In this document: piece by piece, positions 48,519 through 60,244 of the stretch | How positions within the stretch are numbered: position 1 is the stretch's first letter | Layout: each line of letters begins with the position of its first letter | Assembly: GCA_038801705.1 (NCBI GenBank) | Contig: JAULTC010000002.1 | Span: 3,072 to 67,071, forward strand | Direction of reading: 5' to 3' | Origin: Candidatus Methanosuratincola mesotaenarum | Lineage (GTDB): Archaea > Thermoproteota > Methanomethylicia > Methanomethylicales > Methanomethylicaceae | DNA: 64,000 bases | Program-made: the position numbers and the translations under genes | The notes under the pieces: model-generated | What the model was told of the DNA's origin: nothing | Database searches by the model: none | The model's input: only the letters and a program-made list of their open reading frames with translations

Positions 48519-50096
48519 TTGGAAGGTGTCTTCGTCAGCGACTTCATCGAGCCCGTTAAGGCAAGATCAAACTTCCCGGAGAGGGTCTATGTCCTTGACA
48601 CCACGCTCAGGGACGGCGAGCAGACGCCAGGGGTTTGCTTCACCCTAGAGGAAAAGATAGAGATTGCAAGGAGGCTGGACGAGCTTGGGGTGGACGTCAT
48701 CGAGGCAGGTTTCCCAGTCAACTCAGAGGAAGAGAGCAACACGGTCAAGACTATCAAGAGGGAGAGGCTGAGAGCCAAGATATGCGGGCTTGCGAGGTGT
48801 GTGACAAAGGACATAGATGCCTGCATACACAGCGAGGTGGATCGGGTCCACATCTTCATAGCCACGTCGGACGTCCACCTCAAGTACAAGCTAAGGATGG
48901 ATGAAGAGAAAGCGCTTGAGCAGGCGCTGGTGGCCACGGACTATATCAAGGCCCACGGTCTCGAGTGCGAGTTCTCCTGCGAGGACGCCACAAGGACACC
49001 CATAGAGAGGCTGATAAGGTTTTACAAATCAGTCGAGGAGCACGGTGCTGATCTGCACAATGTCCCCGACACGGTTGGAGTGATGGAGCCAGAGGCGATG
49101 TTTGAACTCATAAGCAGGCTCAGGGCTGCACTGAAGATGCCAATATCGATGCACTGCCACAACGACTTTGGGCTGGCTACTGCAAACACTCTGGCAGGCG
49201 TGAAAGCCGGCGCGTCCCAGATACACGTCACCGTGAATGGGCTGGGCGAGAGGGCGGGGAACGCGAGTCTCGAGCAGTCGGTCACCGCGCTCCACGCGAT
49301 GTACGGGGTCAGGACAGGGATAAGGCTCAACCTCCTCAAGGAGACGTCCAGGGTAGTCGAGAGGGCAAGCATGATCATCCTGCCACCGAACTTCCCGATC
49401 GTCGGGAATAACGCCTTTGCCCATGAGGCAGGGATCCACGTCCATGGGGTGCTCGCGAAGGCAGAGAGCTACGAGCCGCTCACGCCGGAGATGGTCGGGC
49501 AGAAGAGAAGGATAGTGATGGGCAAGCACACTGGCAAGCATGGTGTGGCCAACTTCGTCAAGGAGAAGTACAGCCTCACTGACGAGCAGATAGCGGCAGT
49601 TGTGGAAAAGGTCAGGGCGCTCGCAATTCACAAGAAGAAGATAATCGAGGATGACGTCAACGCGGTCGTCGACGAGGTCCTCGGGAGCGTCCCAGAGGGC
49701 GAGAGGCACGTAAGGCTCGACGAGATACTCGTCGTCACGGGTAATAAGATAACGCCGACGGCTTCTGTCCAGCTGACACATAACAGCCAGAAGCGCGTTG
49801 CGGCGGGCATAGGCACAGGCCCGGTAGATGCGCTCTCTAAGGCGATACAGTCTGCGCTTGGAGAGGAGATAAGGCTTCTGAACTATAAGCTCGAGGCGAT
49901 CTCAGGGGGAACAGACTCGCTCTGCACTGTCGAAGTGATGACAGAGGACAAGGACGGAAGGACGGCGATGGGACTCGCTGTCGGGGGCGACATCGTCATG
50001 GCATCTGCGAATGCGCTGATGGAGAGCCTGAATAGGATCTACAGCAAGCGGATAAAGGACAACGAACATTCAGGGGCAGCCCCGAGTAGGAACTAG
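48519..50096 (+). CDS. leuA: 2-isopropylmalate synthase / (R)-citramalate synthase family
   Basis: VLDTTLRDGEQTPG, HCHNDFGLATANTLAGV, and a C-terminal LeuA-dimer regulatory domain. TTG start; the LeuA versus CimA assignment is unresolved. Confidence 0.8.
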   Translation: MEGVFVSDFIEPVKARSNFPERVYVLDTTLRDGEQTPGVCFTLEEKIEIARRLDELGVDVIEAGFPVNSEEESNTVKTIKRERLRAKICGLARCVTKDIDACIHSEVDRVHIFIATSDVHLKYKLRMDEEKALEQALVATDYIKAHGLECEFSCEDATRTPIERLIRFYKSVEEHGADLHNVPDTVGVMEPEAMFELISRLRAALKMPISMHCHNDFGLATANTLAGVKAGASQIHVTVNGLGERAGNASLEQSVTALHAMYGVRTGIRLNLLKETSRVVERASMIILPPNFPIVGNNAFAHEAGIHVHGVLAKAESYEPLTPEMVGQKRRIVMGKHTGKHGVANFVKEKYSLTDEQIAAVVEKVRALAIHKKKIIEDDVNAVVDEVLGSVPEGERHVRLDEILVVTGNKITPTASVQLTHNSQKRVAAGIGTGPVDALSKAIQSALGEEIRLLNYKLEAISGGTDSLCTVEVMTEDKDGRTAMGLAVGGDIVMASANALMESLNRIYSKRIKDNEHSGAAPSRN

Positions 50097-50129
50097 GGAA
50101 AGAAAAAAATTGAGGGATCTCTCCCTCCA

Positions 50130-52289
50130 TTAGAGGAACATCTTCCCAGGCATCTTTTTCGAATCCTCGTACTTCATCAGATCCTCCTTGGACACGCTCG
50201 GATGAACTGCCTTGATGGCTGCCTCGAAGTGCTTCATCTGGACTTTCTTGGGCTTCATGTCCTCTCTCAGGGCATTGAGGGCTGCCTCGCGGCATATGGC
50301 GGCGATGTCCGCTCCGGTGTAGCCTTCGGTCCTCTCAGCCAACGCTTTGAGGTCGACTCCCTCGTCCAAGGGCATCCTCTTCGTGTGGACCCTGAAGATC
50401 TCCTCCCTGGCAGCCTTATCTGGTATCGGTATGTAGACAGATCTGTCGAACCGCCCCGGCCTTAGGAGCGCCTGGTCGATCAGCTCTAGCCTGTTCGTCG
50501 CGCCTAAGACCACGACATTCTTCAGCGAGACCAGACCGTCCATCTCTGAGAGGATCTGGTTAACCATCCTCTCGGTCACCCCAGAGTCGGTGTGGCCACC
50601 ACGAATCGGTGCGATCGAGTCTAGCTCGTCGAAGAAGATTATGCACGGCGCAGCCTGTCTAGCCTTCTTGAAGATCTCCCTGATCGCCTTCTCGGACTCG
50701 CCGACCCACTTGCTCAGAACCTCAGGACCCTTGACGCTGATGAAGTTCGCGCCAGACTCGTTCGCGACCGCCTTCGCGAGCAGCGTCTTGCCTGTCCCAG
50801 GCGGTCCGTACATCAGTATGCCCTTTGGCGGCTCTATGCCCATCTGCTCAAAGAGCTCAGGATGTTTGAGTGGCCACTCCACCATCTCCCGGAGCTGCCT
50901 CTTCACATCATCGAGACCGCCCACGTCATCCCAGTGGACCTCGGGGACCTCAACGAAGACCTCGCGGAGCGCCGACGGAGTTATGTCTTTCATCGCATTG
51001 AGAAAGTCATCCTTGGATACCTTTAGGGACTTCAGTATTGAGGTGGGTATGGTCTGCTTCTGAAGGTCGAGCTTGGGCAGGAACCTCCTGAGCGCCCGCA
51101 TCGCAGCCTCGCGTGTGAGTGATGCAAGGTCCGCACCGCTGTAGCCATGGGTCATGCCAGCGATCTCGTCTATCTTGACATCCTCGCTGAGCGGCATGCC
51201 CCTGACATGGACTTGGAGTATGTCCTGCCTCCCCTTTTTGTCAGGCATCGAGATAGCCAGCTCGCGGTCGAACCTGCCGGGCCTCCTCAGGGCAGGGTCT
51301 ATCGCGTCAGGCCGGTTGGTTGCAGCTATGACCACCACCTGGCCCCTGCTCTTCAGACCGTCCATCAGTGCCAGCAGCTGGGCGACGACCCGCCTCTCGA
51401 CTTCGCCGGTCACCTCCTCCCTCTTTGGAGCGATTGAGTCGAGCTCGTCTATGAATATGATGCTCGGGGCATTCTTTTCGGCCTCCTCGAAGATCTCCCT
51501 GAGCTTCTGCTCCGACTCGCCGTAGAACTTGCTCATGATCTCTGGGCCGTTTATCGCGATGAAGTTCGCGCCAGACTCGTTCGCGACCGCCTTCGCGAGC
51601 AGCGTCTTGCCTGTCCCAGGCGGTCCGTACATCAGTATGCCCTTTGGCGGCTCTATGCCCAGGTGCTTGAAGAGCTCTGGATGGCGCATAGGCAGCTCGA
51701 TCATCTCCCTTATTTTCTCCTTCGCGTCCTCGAGCCCCCCGATATCCTCATAAGAGACTTTCGGTCTGGAGGTGTCCATCTCCTTCACAGGCTCCTCCTT
51801 CACTGCTACCTCCGAGTCTTCGGTGACGTACCCGGACTGGTCTGGCTGGATCGATGTGATGATGAGCCTAAGTGCCTCGCCCAAGATCGGTATCATTACT
51901 GTGTCGCCCTTGCTCAGCGGCTTGTCCTCAAGGATCTGCCTGACGTAGACGCCAAAGTCCGAGCTGAACCTTATCGGCTCGGTCGGCGCGAGGACCAGCT
52001 TGGAGATCGGCTTCAGATCGACCTTCGAGATCCTGACGGTCTCGCCTATCGATGTTCCTGCGTTGTGCCGGATTACCCCGTCTATCCTGATTATGTCGTG
52101 ATCCTCGTCCTCAGTGTACGCGGGCCACGCGATGGCGACGGTCCGCCGCTTCCCTTCAACCTCGATAAAGTCGCCAGGCCTTAGGCCGAGCCTGCTCATC
52201 GTCTGGCGGTTCAGCCTAGCCAAAGCGCGACCTACGTCTCTAGTCCGCGCCTCGGCAACCTCTAGTTCTAGCGATTCTTTTTCAGTCAT
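50130..52289 (-). CDS. cdc48: CDC48/VCP-like AAA+ ATPase (two AAA domains)
   Basis: Double Walker [16 protein letters not shown] x2, DELDSIAP x2, N-domain. Confidence 0.9.
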   Translation of the reverse strand: MTEKESLELEVAEARTRDVGRALARLNRQTMSRLGLRPGDFIEVEGKRRTVAIAWPAYTEDEDHDIIRIDGVIRHNAGTSIGETVRISKVDLKPISKLVLAPTEPIRFSSDFGVYVRQILEDKPLSKGDTVMIPILGEALRLIITSIQPDQSGYVTEDSEVAVKEEPVKEMDTSRPKVSYEDIGGLEDAKEKIREMIELPMRHPELFKHLGIEPPKGILMYGPPGTGKTLLAKAVANESGANFIAINGPEIMSKFYGESEQKLREIFEEAEKNAPSIIFIDELDSIAPKREEVTGEVERRVVAQLLALMDGLKSRGQVVVIAATNRPDAIDPALRRPGRFDRELAISMPDKKGRQDILQVHVRGMPLSEDVKIDEIAGMTHGYSGADLASLTREAAMRALRRFLPKLDLQKQTIPTSILKSLKVSKDDFLNAMKDITPSALREVFVEVPEVHWDDVGGLDDVKRQLREMVEWPLKHPELFEQMGIEPPKGILMYGPPGTGKTLLAKAVANESGANFISVKGPEVLSKWVGESEKAIREIFKKARQAAPCIIFFDELDSIAPIRGGHTDSGVTERMVNQILSEMDGLVSLKNVVVLGATNRLELIDQALLRPGRFDRSVYIPIPDKAAREEIFRVHTKRMPLDEGVDLKALAERTEGYTGADIAAICREAALNALREDMKPKKVQMKHFEAAIKAVHPSVSKEDLMKYEDSKKMPGKMFL

Positions 52290-52370
52290 CTTGATACACC
52301 TGCCACATATCTATATTACAGAAAGATATATATTTTACTGCGATATATTACTATTCCGAGGTGGTGGAGG

Positions 52371-52814
52371 ATGTCTTACGGGATCGACATATTTGATGAT
52401 TTCCGGAGGATGATGCGGGAAATGGAAAAGCTCATGGGCAACATGACTGAGGAGATGTATAAAAGGCTGCCAGTAGTTAGGGAGCCTGGCTTCAGAGAGC
52501 CGTTCGTTGACATCAATGAGACGGCGGACGAGGTGATCGTTACCGCGGAGCTCCCCGGTGTATCGAAGGAGAACATTGAGCTCAACCTGGCAGACAATAG
52601 TCTGGAAATAAAGACCACCCAAAAGGAAGAGGTCGCCGTTGAGAAGGAGGGGTTCAGGAAGAGGGAGAGGAGGTCAATGAACTTCTACAGGCTCATTGAA
52701 CTGCCCTGCGGAGTCGACAGCTCAAAGGCGAAGGCCAACTTCAACAACGGCGTCCTCGAGGTCAGGATGCCCAAGCTGGAGAAGGTCAAGAAGCAGTCGA
52801 TTAAGATCGAGTGA
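52371..52814 (+). CDS. hsp20: small heat-shock protein, Hsp20/alpha-crystallin family
   Basis: Alpha-crystallin domain VDINETADEVIVTAELPGV...GVLEVRMPK. Confidence 0.85.
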   Translation: MSYGIDIFDDFRRMMREMEKLMGNMTEEMYKRLPVVREPGFREPFVDINETADEVIVTAELPGVSKENIELNLADNSLEIKTTQKEEVAVEKEGFRKRERRSMNFYRLIELPCGVDSSKAKANFNNGVLEVRMPKLEKVKKQSIKIE

Positions 52815-52829
52815 GCCCCGCATCATCCT

Positions 52830-52900
52830 TTTTCCTTTTGTTTTTTCATTCCTTTTCCTTTTTCTGCGCCCCTCTTTTTCAGTCCTCTTCTTTCATTTAT
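52830..52900 (+). terminator. T-rich terminator region after hsp20
   Basis: Runs of CCTTTTTCCTTTTGTTTTTTCATTCCTTTTCCTTTTTCTG. Confidence 0.35.
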
Positions 52901-53096
52901 CTTCTGTCGCCTCATTAAACATATTCTATTCCAATTTTCATTTCGAACTTTATTGCTTTGATTTGGGCTAAATTTTCATCGCCAAGTAGCCACGCCAAGC
53001 CGATAATTTGCGTCTCAGCTGGGAGGCGTTGAGTCTTCCCTCAAAGATCAGTATTTTTATTACACCCAAAAGGGTATTATTCGGAAGTGAGCAGGA

Positions 53097-53393
53097 ATGG
53101 AGAGCATAAAGACCGTCTCGAAGGAAAGGACGGAGAGGCTAGCGTGGCTCTCGAAGATCGCGCTGAGACCTGAAGAGATCGAGAAGTTCACGGACCAGTT
53201 GAACAGGATACTCGAGTTCGCGAACGCGCTCGACAATCCGGAGGTGAACGCAGCCGAGCCAACTTTCCATGTCCTAGACCTTGCGAATGCCTTCAGGAAA
53301 GACCAAGAGGAGGAATGCCTGAAGAGAGAGGAAGCACTCTCAACGGCGGCAAAGGTCAAGGATGGTTTCATAGTTGCTCCCAAGATAGTCTAG
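53097..53393 (+). CDS. gatC: Asp/Glu-tRNA amidotransferase subunit C
   Basis: 98 aa. Position is 5' of gatA; has a LNRILEFANALD helix. Confidence 0.7.
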   Translation: MESIKTVSKERTERLAWLSKIALRPEEIEKFTDQLNRILEFANALDNPEVNAAEPTFHVLDLANAFRKDQEEECLKREEALSTAAKVKDGFIVAPKIV

Positions 53394-53397
53394 GCGA

Positions 53398-54840
53398 GTG
53401 CCAAGAATGACAAGATTGCTGGATATGACGCTCTTCGAGGCAGTAGGCGCAATCAAGAGCGGGGAGGTCGAGAAAGAGGGGCTCTTCGAGGCCTACCTTG
53501 ACAGGATAAGGAGGCTGAACCCCGAGTACGGAGCCTACATCACTGTGAGCCAGGGGACGGGGGGCAGTGGCAGAGTCGAAGATGGCGGGGTCCTAGAAGG
53601 GGCCCCTATCGCAATCAAGGATTGCATATGCACAAAGGGGATCAGGACGACATGCGCTTCGAAGATCCTCAGGGAGTACCTGCCGCCCTACGACGCGACG
53701 GTGGTCTCTAGGATAAAGAAAGAGGGGGGGGAGATCGCAGGTAAGACGAACATGGACGAATTCGCAATGGGTTCGTCGACCGAGAACTCTGGTTTCTTCA
53801 TATGCCGCAACCCATGGGACAAGTCCAGGGTGCCTGGAGGGTCGTCAGGCGGGTCCGCGGTCGCGGTCTCGGCGAGGCTCGCTTTGGCAGCACTCGGGTC
53901 AGACACAGGGGGATCAGTGAGGTGCCCTGCGAGCTTCTGCGGGATAGTAGCCATGAAGGCTACGTATGGGCTGGTGAGCAGGTACGGGCTGGTGGCGTAC
54001 GCAAACAGCCTAGAGCAGATCGGTCCGATGGCGAGGGACGTCAGGGACTGCGCAATGATGCTCAGCGTGATAAGCGGGCAAGACCCGAAGGACTGCACCA
54101 CGATTCCAAGGCGTGGGAAGGACTACCTCCCATACCTTGACAAGGATGTCAAGGGACTAAGGATAGGGGTACCTAGAGAGTTCTTCGGAGAGGGTACAAA
54201 CAGCATGGTCGAGAGGGGAGTCTGGAACGGGATACATGCCCTTGAGGAGTGGGGGGCTCATTGGGAGGAAGCGTCGCTGCCGTCACTCAAGTACGCACTC
54301 CCCGCATACTATATAATAGCCATGTCAGAGGCAAGCTCGAACCTTGCACGCTTCGATGGGATAAGGTATGGAACCAGGGAGGAGGACGAAGGGCTGAACT
54401 GGGAGGAGTCGTTCTCGAGGACTAGGGGGGCGAACTTTGGCAGTGAGGTGAAGAGGAGGATAATACTGGGAACCTTCGCACTCTCCTCTGGATACTATGA
54501 GGAGTACTACCTGAAAGCGCTAAAGGCAAGGACACTGATAAGGAGGGGCTTTGAGCGCCTTTTCAAGGACTATGATCTGCTGGTCGGCCCGACGATGCCA
54601 ACTCCTGCCTTCAGAATAGGCGAGAAGCTCGAGGATCCGCTCGAGATGTACATGAGTGACATCGACACCGTCTCAGCGAACCTTGCAGGAATACCCGCCA
54701 TATCGGTCCCGTGTGGCTTCGCCGGTGGGCTCCCAATCGGGCTCCAAATAATGGGCCCGCCTCTGGGAGAGGGGATGGTAATTACTGCCGCGAGGAGGAT
54801 CGAGGAGGCACTTGGGCTTGACCTCAGACCCCCGGTTTGA
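53398..54840 (+). CDS. gatA: Asp/Glu-tRNA amidotransferase subunit A (amidase signature)
   Basis: Amidase signature GGSSGGSAVAVSARLA...GSDTGGSVRCPASFCG. Confidence 0.9.
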   Translation: MPRMTRLLDMTLFEAVGAIKSGEVEKEGLFEAYLDRIRRLNPEYGAYITVSQGTGGSGRVEDGGVLEGAPIAIKDCICTKGIRTTCASKILREYLPPYDATVVSRIKKEGGEIAGKTNMDEFAMGSSTENSGFFICRNPWDKSRVPGGSSGGSAVAVSARLALAALGSDTGGSVRCPASFCGIVAMKATYGLVSRYGLVAYANSLEQIGPMARDVRDCAMMLSVISGQDPKDCTTIPRRGKDYLPYLDKDVKGLRIGVPREFFGEGTNSMVERGVWNGIHALEEWGAHWEEASLPSLKYALPAYYIIAMSEASSNLARFDGIRYGTREEDEGLNWEESFSRTRGANFGSEVKRRIILGTFALSSGYYEEYYLKALKARTLIRRGFERLFKDYDLLVGPTMPTPAFRIGEKLEDPLEMYMSDIDTVSANLAGIPAISVPCGFAGGLPIGLQIMGPPLGEGMVITAARRIEEALGLDLRPPV

Positions 54841-54858
54841 ATTGATAGGTGAGAAGAG

Positions 54859-56307
54859 ATGTCTGGAGACGGAGTTGTGATAGGAATCGAGGTCCACTGC
54901 CAGCTGAACAGGCTCAAGACCAAGCTCTTCTGCGGCTGTAGCACTGACTACAGGGGGAAAGCACCTAATACGAATGCATGCGAGGTCTGCCTTGGCCACC
55001 CGGGGGCGCTTCCGAGGCCGAATGAAAAGGCGGTCGAGCTCGCAGTAATGACCGGGCTTGCCCTGAACAGCACGGTAAGCGAGAAGACCTCATTCTACAG
55101 GAAGAACTACTACTACGTGGATATGGGCAAGAACTTCCAGATCTCAATGTACGAGACGAAGGGTTCAAAGACCATCTGCAAGGGGGGCTTTATAGACATC
55201 AATATCGGCAGCGGAAGGAAGCGGGTAAGGATCACAAGGATACAGCTCGAGGAGGATCCGGCCAAGCTCGTCCACATCGGGCCGATCGACCTCTCGCCAT
55301 ATACGCTCGTGGACTACAACAGGGCGGGTATGGCACTACTGGAAATCGTGACAGAGCCAGACATGTCCTCCCCAAGGGAGGCGAGGCTCTTCCTACAGAA
55401 GCTCAGGTCGATCCTGGAGCATATCGGGGCATTCGACGGTAGCCTGGAGGGGGCGATGAGGTGTGACGCGAACGTCTCGATTAGGGGCGGCACGAGGGTG
55501 GAGATAAAGAACATCTCCTCCTTTAAGGAGGTCGAGAGGGCGCTTAACTTCGAGCTCTCGAGGCAGAGGAGCCTGCTGCAGAAGGGCGAGAGGGTCAGGC
55601 GGGAGACCAGGCACTGGGACGAGATCAGGAAGGTTACAATCTCGCTGAGGGAGAAGGAGGAGGAGCATGACTATAGGTACTTCCCCGAGCCGGACATACC
55701 ACCGATACAGCTGAATGAAGGGTATGTTGATACCATCCGGGCTAGGATGCCTGAGCTGCCGGACGCCCGCGCGGAGAGGTTTGCGAGAGGGTACGGGCTT
55801 CCCCAGTACGACGCACAGGTACTCACTGCGGAGAAGAGGCTTGCCGACTTCTTCGAGGAGGCGGCCAGGCTTCACGGCGAACCGAAGACGGTCAGCAACT
55901 GGATCATGAGCGACCTTCTCGGCGTCCTCCACGACAAGGGGCTAGAGATAGACGAGGCAAAGATTACGCCGGCCGCGTTTGCGGGGATGCTCAGAATGAT
56001 CAGGGATGGGGCGATAAGCGGGAAGATCGGGAAGATCATACTCCCGACGCTAGTCACAACAGGCAGGGCTGCGGAGGAGGTCGTGAGGGAGAATGATCTG
56101 CTCAAGATCGCAGACAGGGAGGCGATCGAGAGGGTCGTGGAAGAGGTGTTTGCAGAAAACCCCAAGGCAGTCTCCGACGCGGTCAACGACGAGAAGGCAG
56201 CACACTTCCTTGTGGGCCAGGTGATGCGCAAGACTAGAGGGAAAGGCGACCCAGAGCTGGTCAATCTCTCGATAAGAGAGAGACTGGAAAGCATGAGGAA
56301 AAGGTAA
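54859..56307 (+). CDS. gatB: Asp/Glu-tRNA amidotransferase subunit B
   Basis: VIGIEVHCQL, CGCSTDY, EVCLGHPGALP, and a C-terminal YqeY-like domain. Confidence 0.9.
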   Translation: MSGDGVVIGIEVHCQLNRLKTKLFCGCSTDYRGKAPNTNACEVCLGHPGALPRPNEKAVELAVMTGLALNSTVSEKTSFYRKNYYYVDMGKNFQISMYETKGSKTICKGGFIDINIGSGRKRVRITRIQLEEDPAKLVHIGPIDLSPYTLVDYNRAGMALLEIVTEPDMSSPREARLFLQKLRSILEHIGAFDGSLEGAMRCDANVSIRGGTRVEIKNISSFKEVERALNFELSRQRSLLQKGERVRRETRHWDEIRKVTISLREKEEEHDYRYFPEPDIPPIQLNEGYVDTIRARMPELPDARAERFARGYGLPQYDAQVLTAEKRLADFFEEAARLHGEPKTVSNWIMSDLLGVLHDKGLEIDEAKITPAAFAGMLRMIRDGAISGKIGKIILPTLVTTGRAAEEVVRENDLLKIADREAIERVVEEVFAENPKAVSDAVNDEKAAHFLVGQVMRKTRGKGDPELVNLSIRERLESMRKR

Positions 56308-56381
56308 ACTGGAAAAGATACTCCTGGAAGACCAAGAAGAATAAGAAAGTGCGGTACAATGGAGGGCTAAGCGACTGGTTG

Positions 56382-59300
56382 TCAAGGCAAGGCATAATCC
56401 GGTCGAGACAACAAGAACTTCGTTTCCCCTGTAGTATATGCATTTTTACCCTTATGCCTGTAGATGTACAAGACTGCTATAACGCAGGATATGAGAAGGA
56501 CCCCGTATACCACAGTGTTCCCGACAAAGAAGACGCCCTCTTCCACAGCCACGGTATCGAAATATGGGACTCCCACACTTGTGCTCACAACTGAGTAGGG
56601 CACCAGAGTGCTTACGGCAGCCGCATACTTCCCCCCTCCAATTTCAACCGCACGCTGACCGTTTATATCCACAACCGCACCGAGAACTGGAGAGCCGTCG
56701 TACTGGAAAGACAAGGCTGCCTCGACCCTGCACTCCCCTGGAAGGCGCGTATCGTATGTCTTATTTACTACTATATTGTCGAAGACAACCGAGGCGGGCT
56801 GCGAGTACTGAACGAACTCCGTAAGCCCGTTGAGCTCGTCGGTGATGTCCGCAACTGAGTAGTAGTACCTCCCAATCGAATCCTTTTTATTGGTATCATT
56901 TAGGACGAAGCCCCCAACCCATCTCTGAGAGTCGTATTCATAGATGCCGGACGCGTTCAGGAGAACAGATTTGCCGACGCCGACCCTAATCTCATGGGGG
57001 GTGATTTCGGTGATTATGACCCGGTCAAAGACGATGGAGGCTGGCGCAGCATTCCAGCAGACAGTAGTAATTGGGTCGTCATAGTCCTGGATTGAGGATA
57101 TCCTGAAAGTGTATTCGCCCGATATGAGTTCCGAGACCTGCAACTCCCACCTCTGGTTAGCATCGTTCCAGATTGCCTCCGTTCCGTTGATGTGTGCAGT
57201 CCCGTTCATTCCAGTGAACGGAGAGCCGTCGTACTGGTATACGATTTTGAACCAGACGGACTGTGAGGAGCCGATGTCAGCTCTTGAGAGACTGAACCCG
57301 CTCTCGTTCACGAGGAAGGAATCTGCGATCAGGTATCTCGTCTCAGACCACTCACCCATGTTTCCAGCTCTGTCAATCGCCCTGACACGCCAGTACCACA
57401 GACCTGGAGCTAGAGCACCCTTGCAAGAAACTTCCTGCGACTCCATGAGCTGAAGATCATTGGATCGGAAGTCAGGTGATCCACATATTTCGATTAGGTA
57501 CTTTGCTACGCCGCTCCCCGCATCAACTGCAGGGTACCATGAGAAGATTGCCTCCGCATCGGTGCGAAGAGCTGACCTTGGGCTTCTAATGGCTGGAATG
57601 CAGGGCGGCGCGTTATCCAAGTTTATGGTGGAGGGGAGATAGCTTTGCGGGCTGTAGTCATAACCATCAAAGGCAACTGCGCATATCTGGACATCAGAGA
57701 TGGTCAATGGAGAAGTATTCCATGAAAACCTCCAGAGGGCAGTGGCTGATCCGCTGCTATTGCTCCCGATGAAATATGACTGGTCATCAACGCAGTAGAA
57801 AAAGTCAACTTTTCTTATGCCATCGTCAAGGTCAGATGCATTCGCTACCAGCTCCAGTACTCCGCTGTAATACCCCCCGCCGATTGTCGAAAGGATTTCA
57901 ACGGAGGGGATGCGGTTCTGTACAGTTATCGTCTGCGACCTTGTGAATGAAAGACCATTGTTGTCTGTTACCGTCAGAGATACTATGAACTCGCCATGTA
58001 AGGAGTAGGAGTGCACGGGACTCCTCAAACCAGATTGCACCCCGTCGCCGAAAGACCAGTACCAGCTGACGATTGTACCGCCTTTTGAGGAGGAGTTATC
58101 GGTGAACTGCACGGGCTCGAATGTGAGTGGCGCATAGGGAGACCAGCTGAAAAGCACAGACGGCCTGTCGCTTATGGCAACGGTGGCAGGAGTCCAGGCG
58201 GGCACCTCGTCGGACGAATAAGTCTCTATTGGAGGATCAGAATAGGCGGAGTAGATTTCAATGCTGAAAGATGTAATCATAGCGGCTGAAGAACCGCGCC
58301 CCATAGCCAAGAAGAATTCGTCCGCGCCGGCATCGATGTGACCCTTGAACTCGGTCAGGTCTATACACATGAAGTTCGGTATCTTAGAGTGTTTGCCTGC
58401 ACTCCAGTACTCCGATGGGCGCGTGGTGGCGAGGGGTGATTCAGGACTGCCAATCCCGACGGTTACCTCAGCGCCATCGAGGGTGCCTACAGGGTCAAGG
58501 GTCCAAGTTCCAAGCACCAGGGGCTCGTATGGGCGTCCATAATCCCTCGGGAGGTAGTAGTTTGCAACTGGCGAGTTACTTCTTATCTTGCTCATTGTGT
58601 CGTACGTGATCCAGTAGAACCCCCCGTCTTTGAAGCCCGCACCCCACGAGTTTGCCACGCGGAATGCACTAGAGTCGCCCGCGTCAGTGTCAGTAATGCT
58701 GTCGTCGTAGCCCACAATCACGTTTGCGTGACATGGGGCGGCTCCGTTATATTCATCATATGAAAGTATCAAATCAGAGGAAGAGTACCAGGCGCAGGAA
58801 GAGTCAATATAGAACGTGACCAAGTAGCCGTCGTTGAGCAGTGATTTTATCACCTCAATGTTGTCGGGACTTACCGACCCTACGCCCCCAGCCCTGTAGA
58901 GCGGAGCCTCACGCCAGGCTTCTCCCCCTCCCCAACTTAAGTAGTCTTACTGGTTGTAGGGCATCGCATGCATGCTTGCAGAGCCAATCTCAGAAAACAG
59001 CAGCATGTTCTTGTAACACCAAGACCCACCGTCTAAACCGCCGTTGACCTTATTGTATGCCCAGGCCGGGCTCATCACATGGGCAGGGTTTGCCTTGACG
59101 TCGGTCCACCCATGCACTCTTGCCTGCAAGTAGGTGTTCGCGTAATAAACGCTCGCCCAAGCCGTGCATGATCCTTGGATGCCCTGATCCCCGACTGCAG
59201 GGAAGTAGGGATCGAGTTCACACCTCCTCGAAGATGCCATCGGAGTGCTTACTGAAACGGAGTCCATCATCACCGAGCCGACAAGTACAGCCCACCATTC

Positions 59301-59597
59301 TTCGTCAGGAGGGGAGACGCCTGTGCCGTGTCCGCACATGATTATGTTATAGTCGTTGTCGGGGTCTTTGGTGCCGAGGATCTGTCTCATTGACTGAACC
59401 TCTTCCAAGGTAACATTGTGGTAAAAATAAACTGCTCCACTTTCAGCTGCAAAACTGCCAATGGTTCCGGAGGGATTGGTACAGATAGGCTGAGATGCGA
59501 CGATTTGTGCGGGATACATGGGTGCGGAACTCGAAATTTCAAGAAAGGAAAAGAGCAGGATGATGACCAAAAAGATTTTTCTGATCAATACGACCAC
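56382..59597 (-). pseudogene. papain-like (C1) peptidase / PKD-domain surface protein interrupted by in-frame TAA
   Basis: Upstream ORF (58947..59597): signal peptide plus the QGIQGSCTAW catalytic-Cys region. The TAA stop is at 58947..58949. The same frame continues: DYLSWGGG...CHANVIVGYDD...NSWGAGFKDGGFYWITYD (His/Asn region), then ~600 aa of beta-rich PKD/Ig-like repeats and a C-terminal transmembrane anchor. Confidence 0.6.
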
Positions 59598-59629
59598 AGC
59601 TGAAATTATTGCATTTGTGCTAAAAGACG

Positions 59630-60244
59630 TTACGTCCTGGGGTTCATATAAGACTCGCCTATTTTGAGGCCGCTTTCGAACGCAACCATGTTCTCTTCGA
59701 TTGACCTAGGTATGTATTCCCTGACGGCTTCCCTGAGATAGTCAGCGCTGAACGGCAAGATCCCGGTTCCCGCAATGACCCCTAGCATCACCACGTTGGC
59801 TGCCATTGGAATGCCTGCGCTTTGGGCTACCTCGGTCGCATCGAGTGTGATTATCCTAGACGTTGCCACCCTTATCGCCTCCAGGATCGCTTCCATCTTA
59901 GGGTAGGCTGCCTTCCCCGTGTTCACCTCAACAGGGTAGATTGGCCTTGTGCTCATCGCAACGGTGCCACCAGGTTTGAGAAAAGCAGACACTGCCCTGA
60001 GAGCCTCCATGGGCTCAAGCCCCACCACCACGTCCGCAGAGTGGGCACTCACCATTGTCCCGTAGACCTCGCCTATGCGGACATGGCTCAGTACCGGACC
60101 TCCTCTTTGGGCGATCCCGAAGACATCAGAAACCCTTACCATGAAGCCAGCCTTCACGGCTGCAGCCCCCAGCATCTGGGCACCCCTGACGTTCCCTTGC
60201 CCCCCAACTCCGGAGATCACTATCTCCAAAGACTTGATTCCCAT
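59630..60244 (-). CDS. iorB: indolepyruvate:ferredoxin oxidoreductase beta subunit
   Basis: MGIKSLEIVISGVGGQG N-terminus, ~200 aa. The ATG overlaps the iorA stop (TAATG). Confidence 0.8.
   Translation of the reverse strand: MGIKSLEIVISGVGGQGNVRGAQMLGAAAVKAGFMVRVSDVFGIAQRGGPVLSHVRIGEVYGTMVSAHSADVVVGLEPMEALRAVSAFLKPGGTVAMSTRPIYPVEVNTGKAAYPKMEAILEAIRVATSRIITLDATEVAQSAGIPMAANVVMLGVIAGTGILPFSADYLREAVREYIPRSIEENMVAFESGLKIGESYMNPRT

Noticed and set aside
58947-58949. Programmed stop-codon recoding (Sec/Pyl-type) in the peptidase gene.
   Set aside because: The codon is TAA, which is not known to be recoded. No pyl/sel machinery or methylamine methyltransferases are present in the window.
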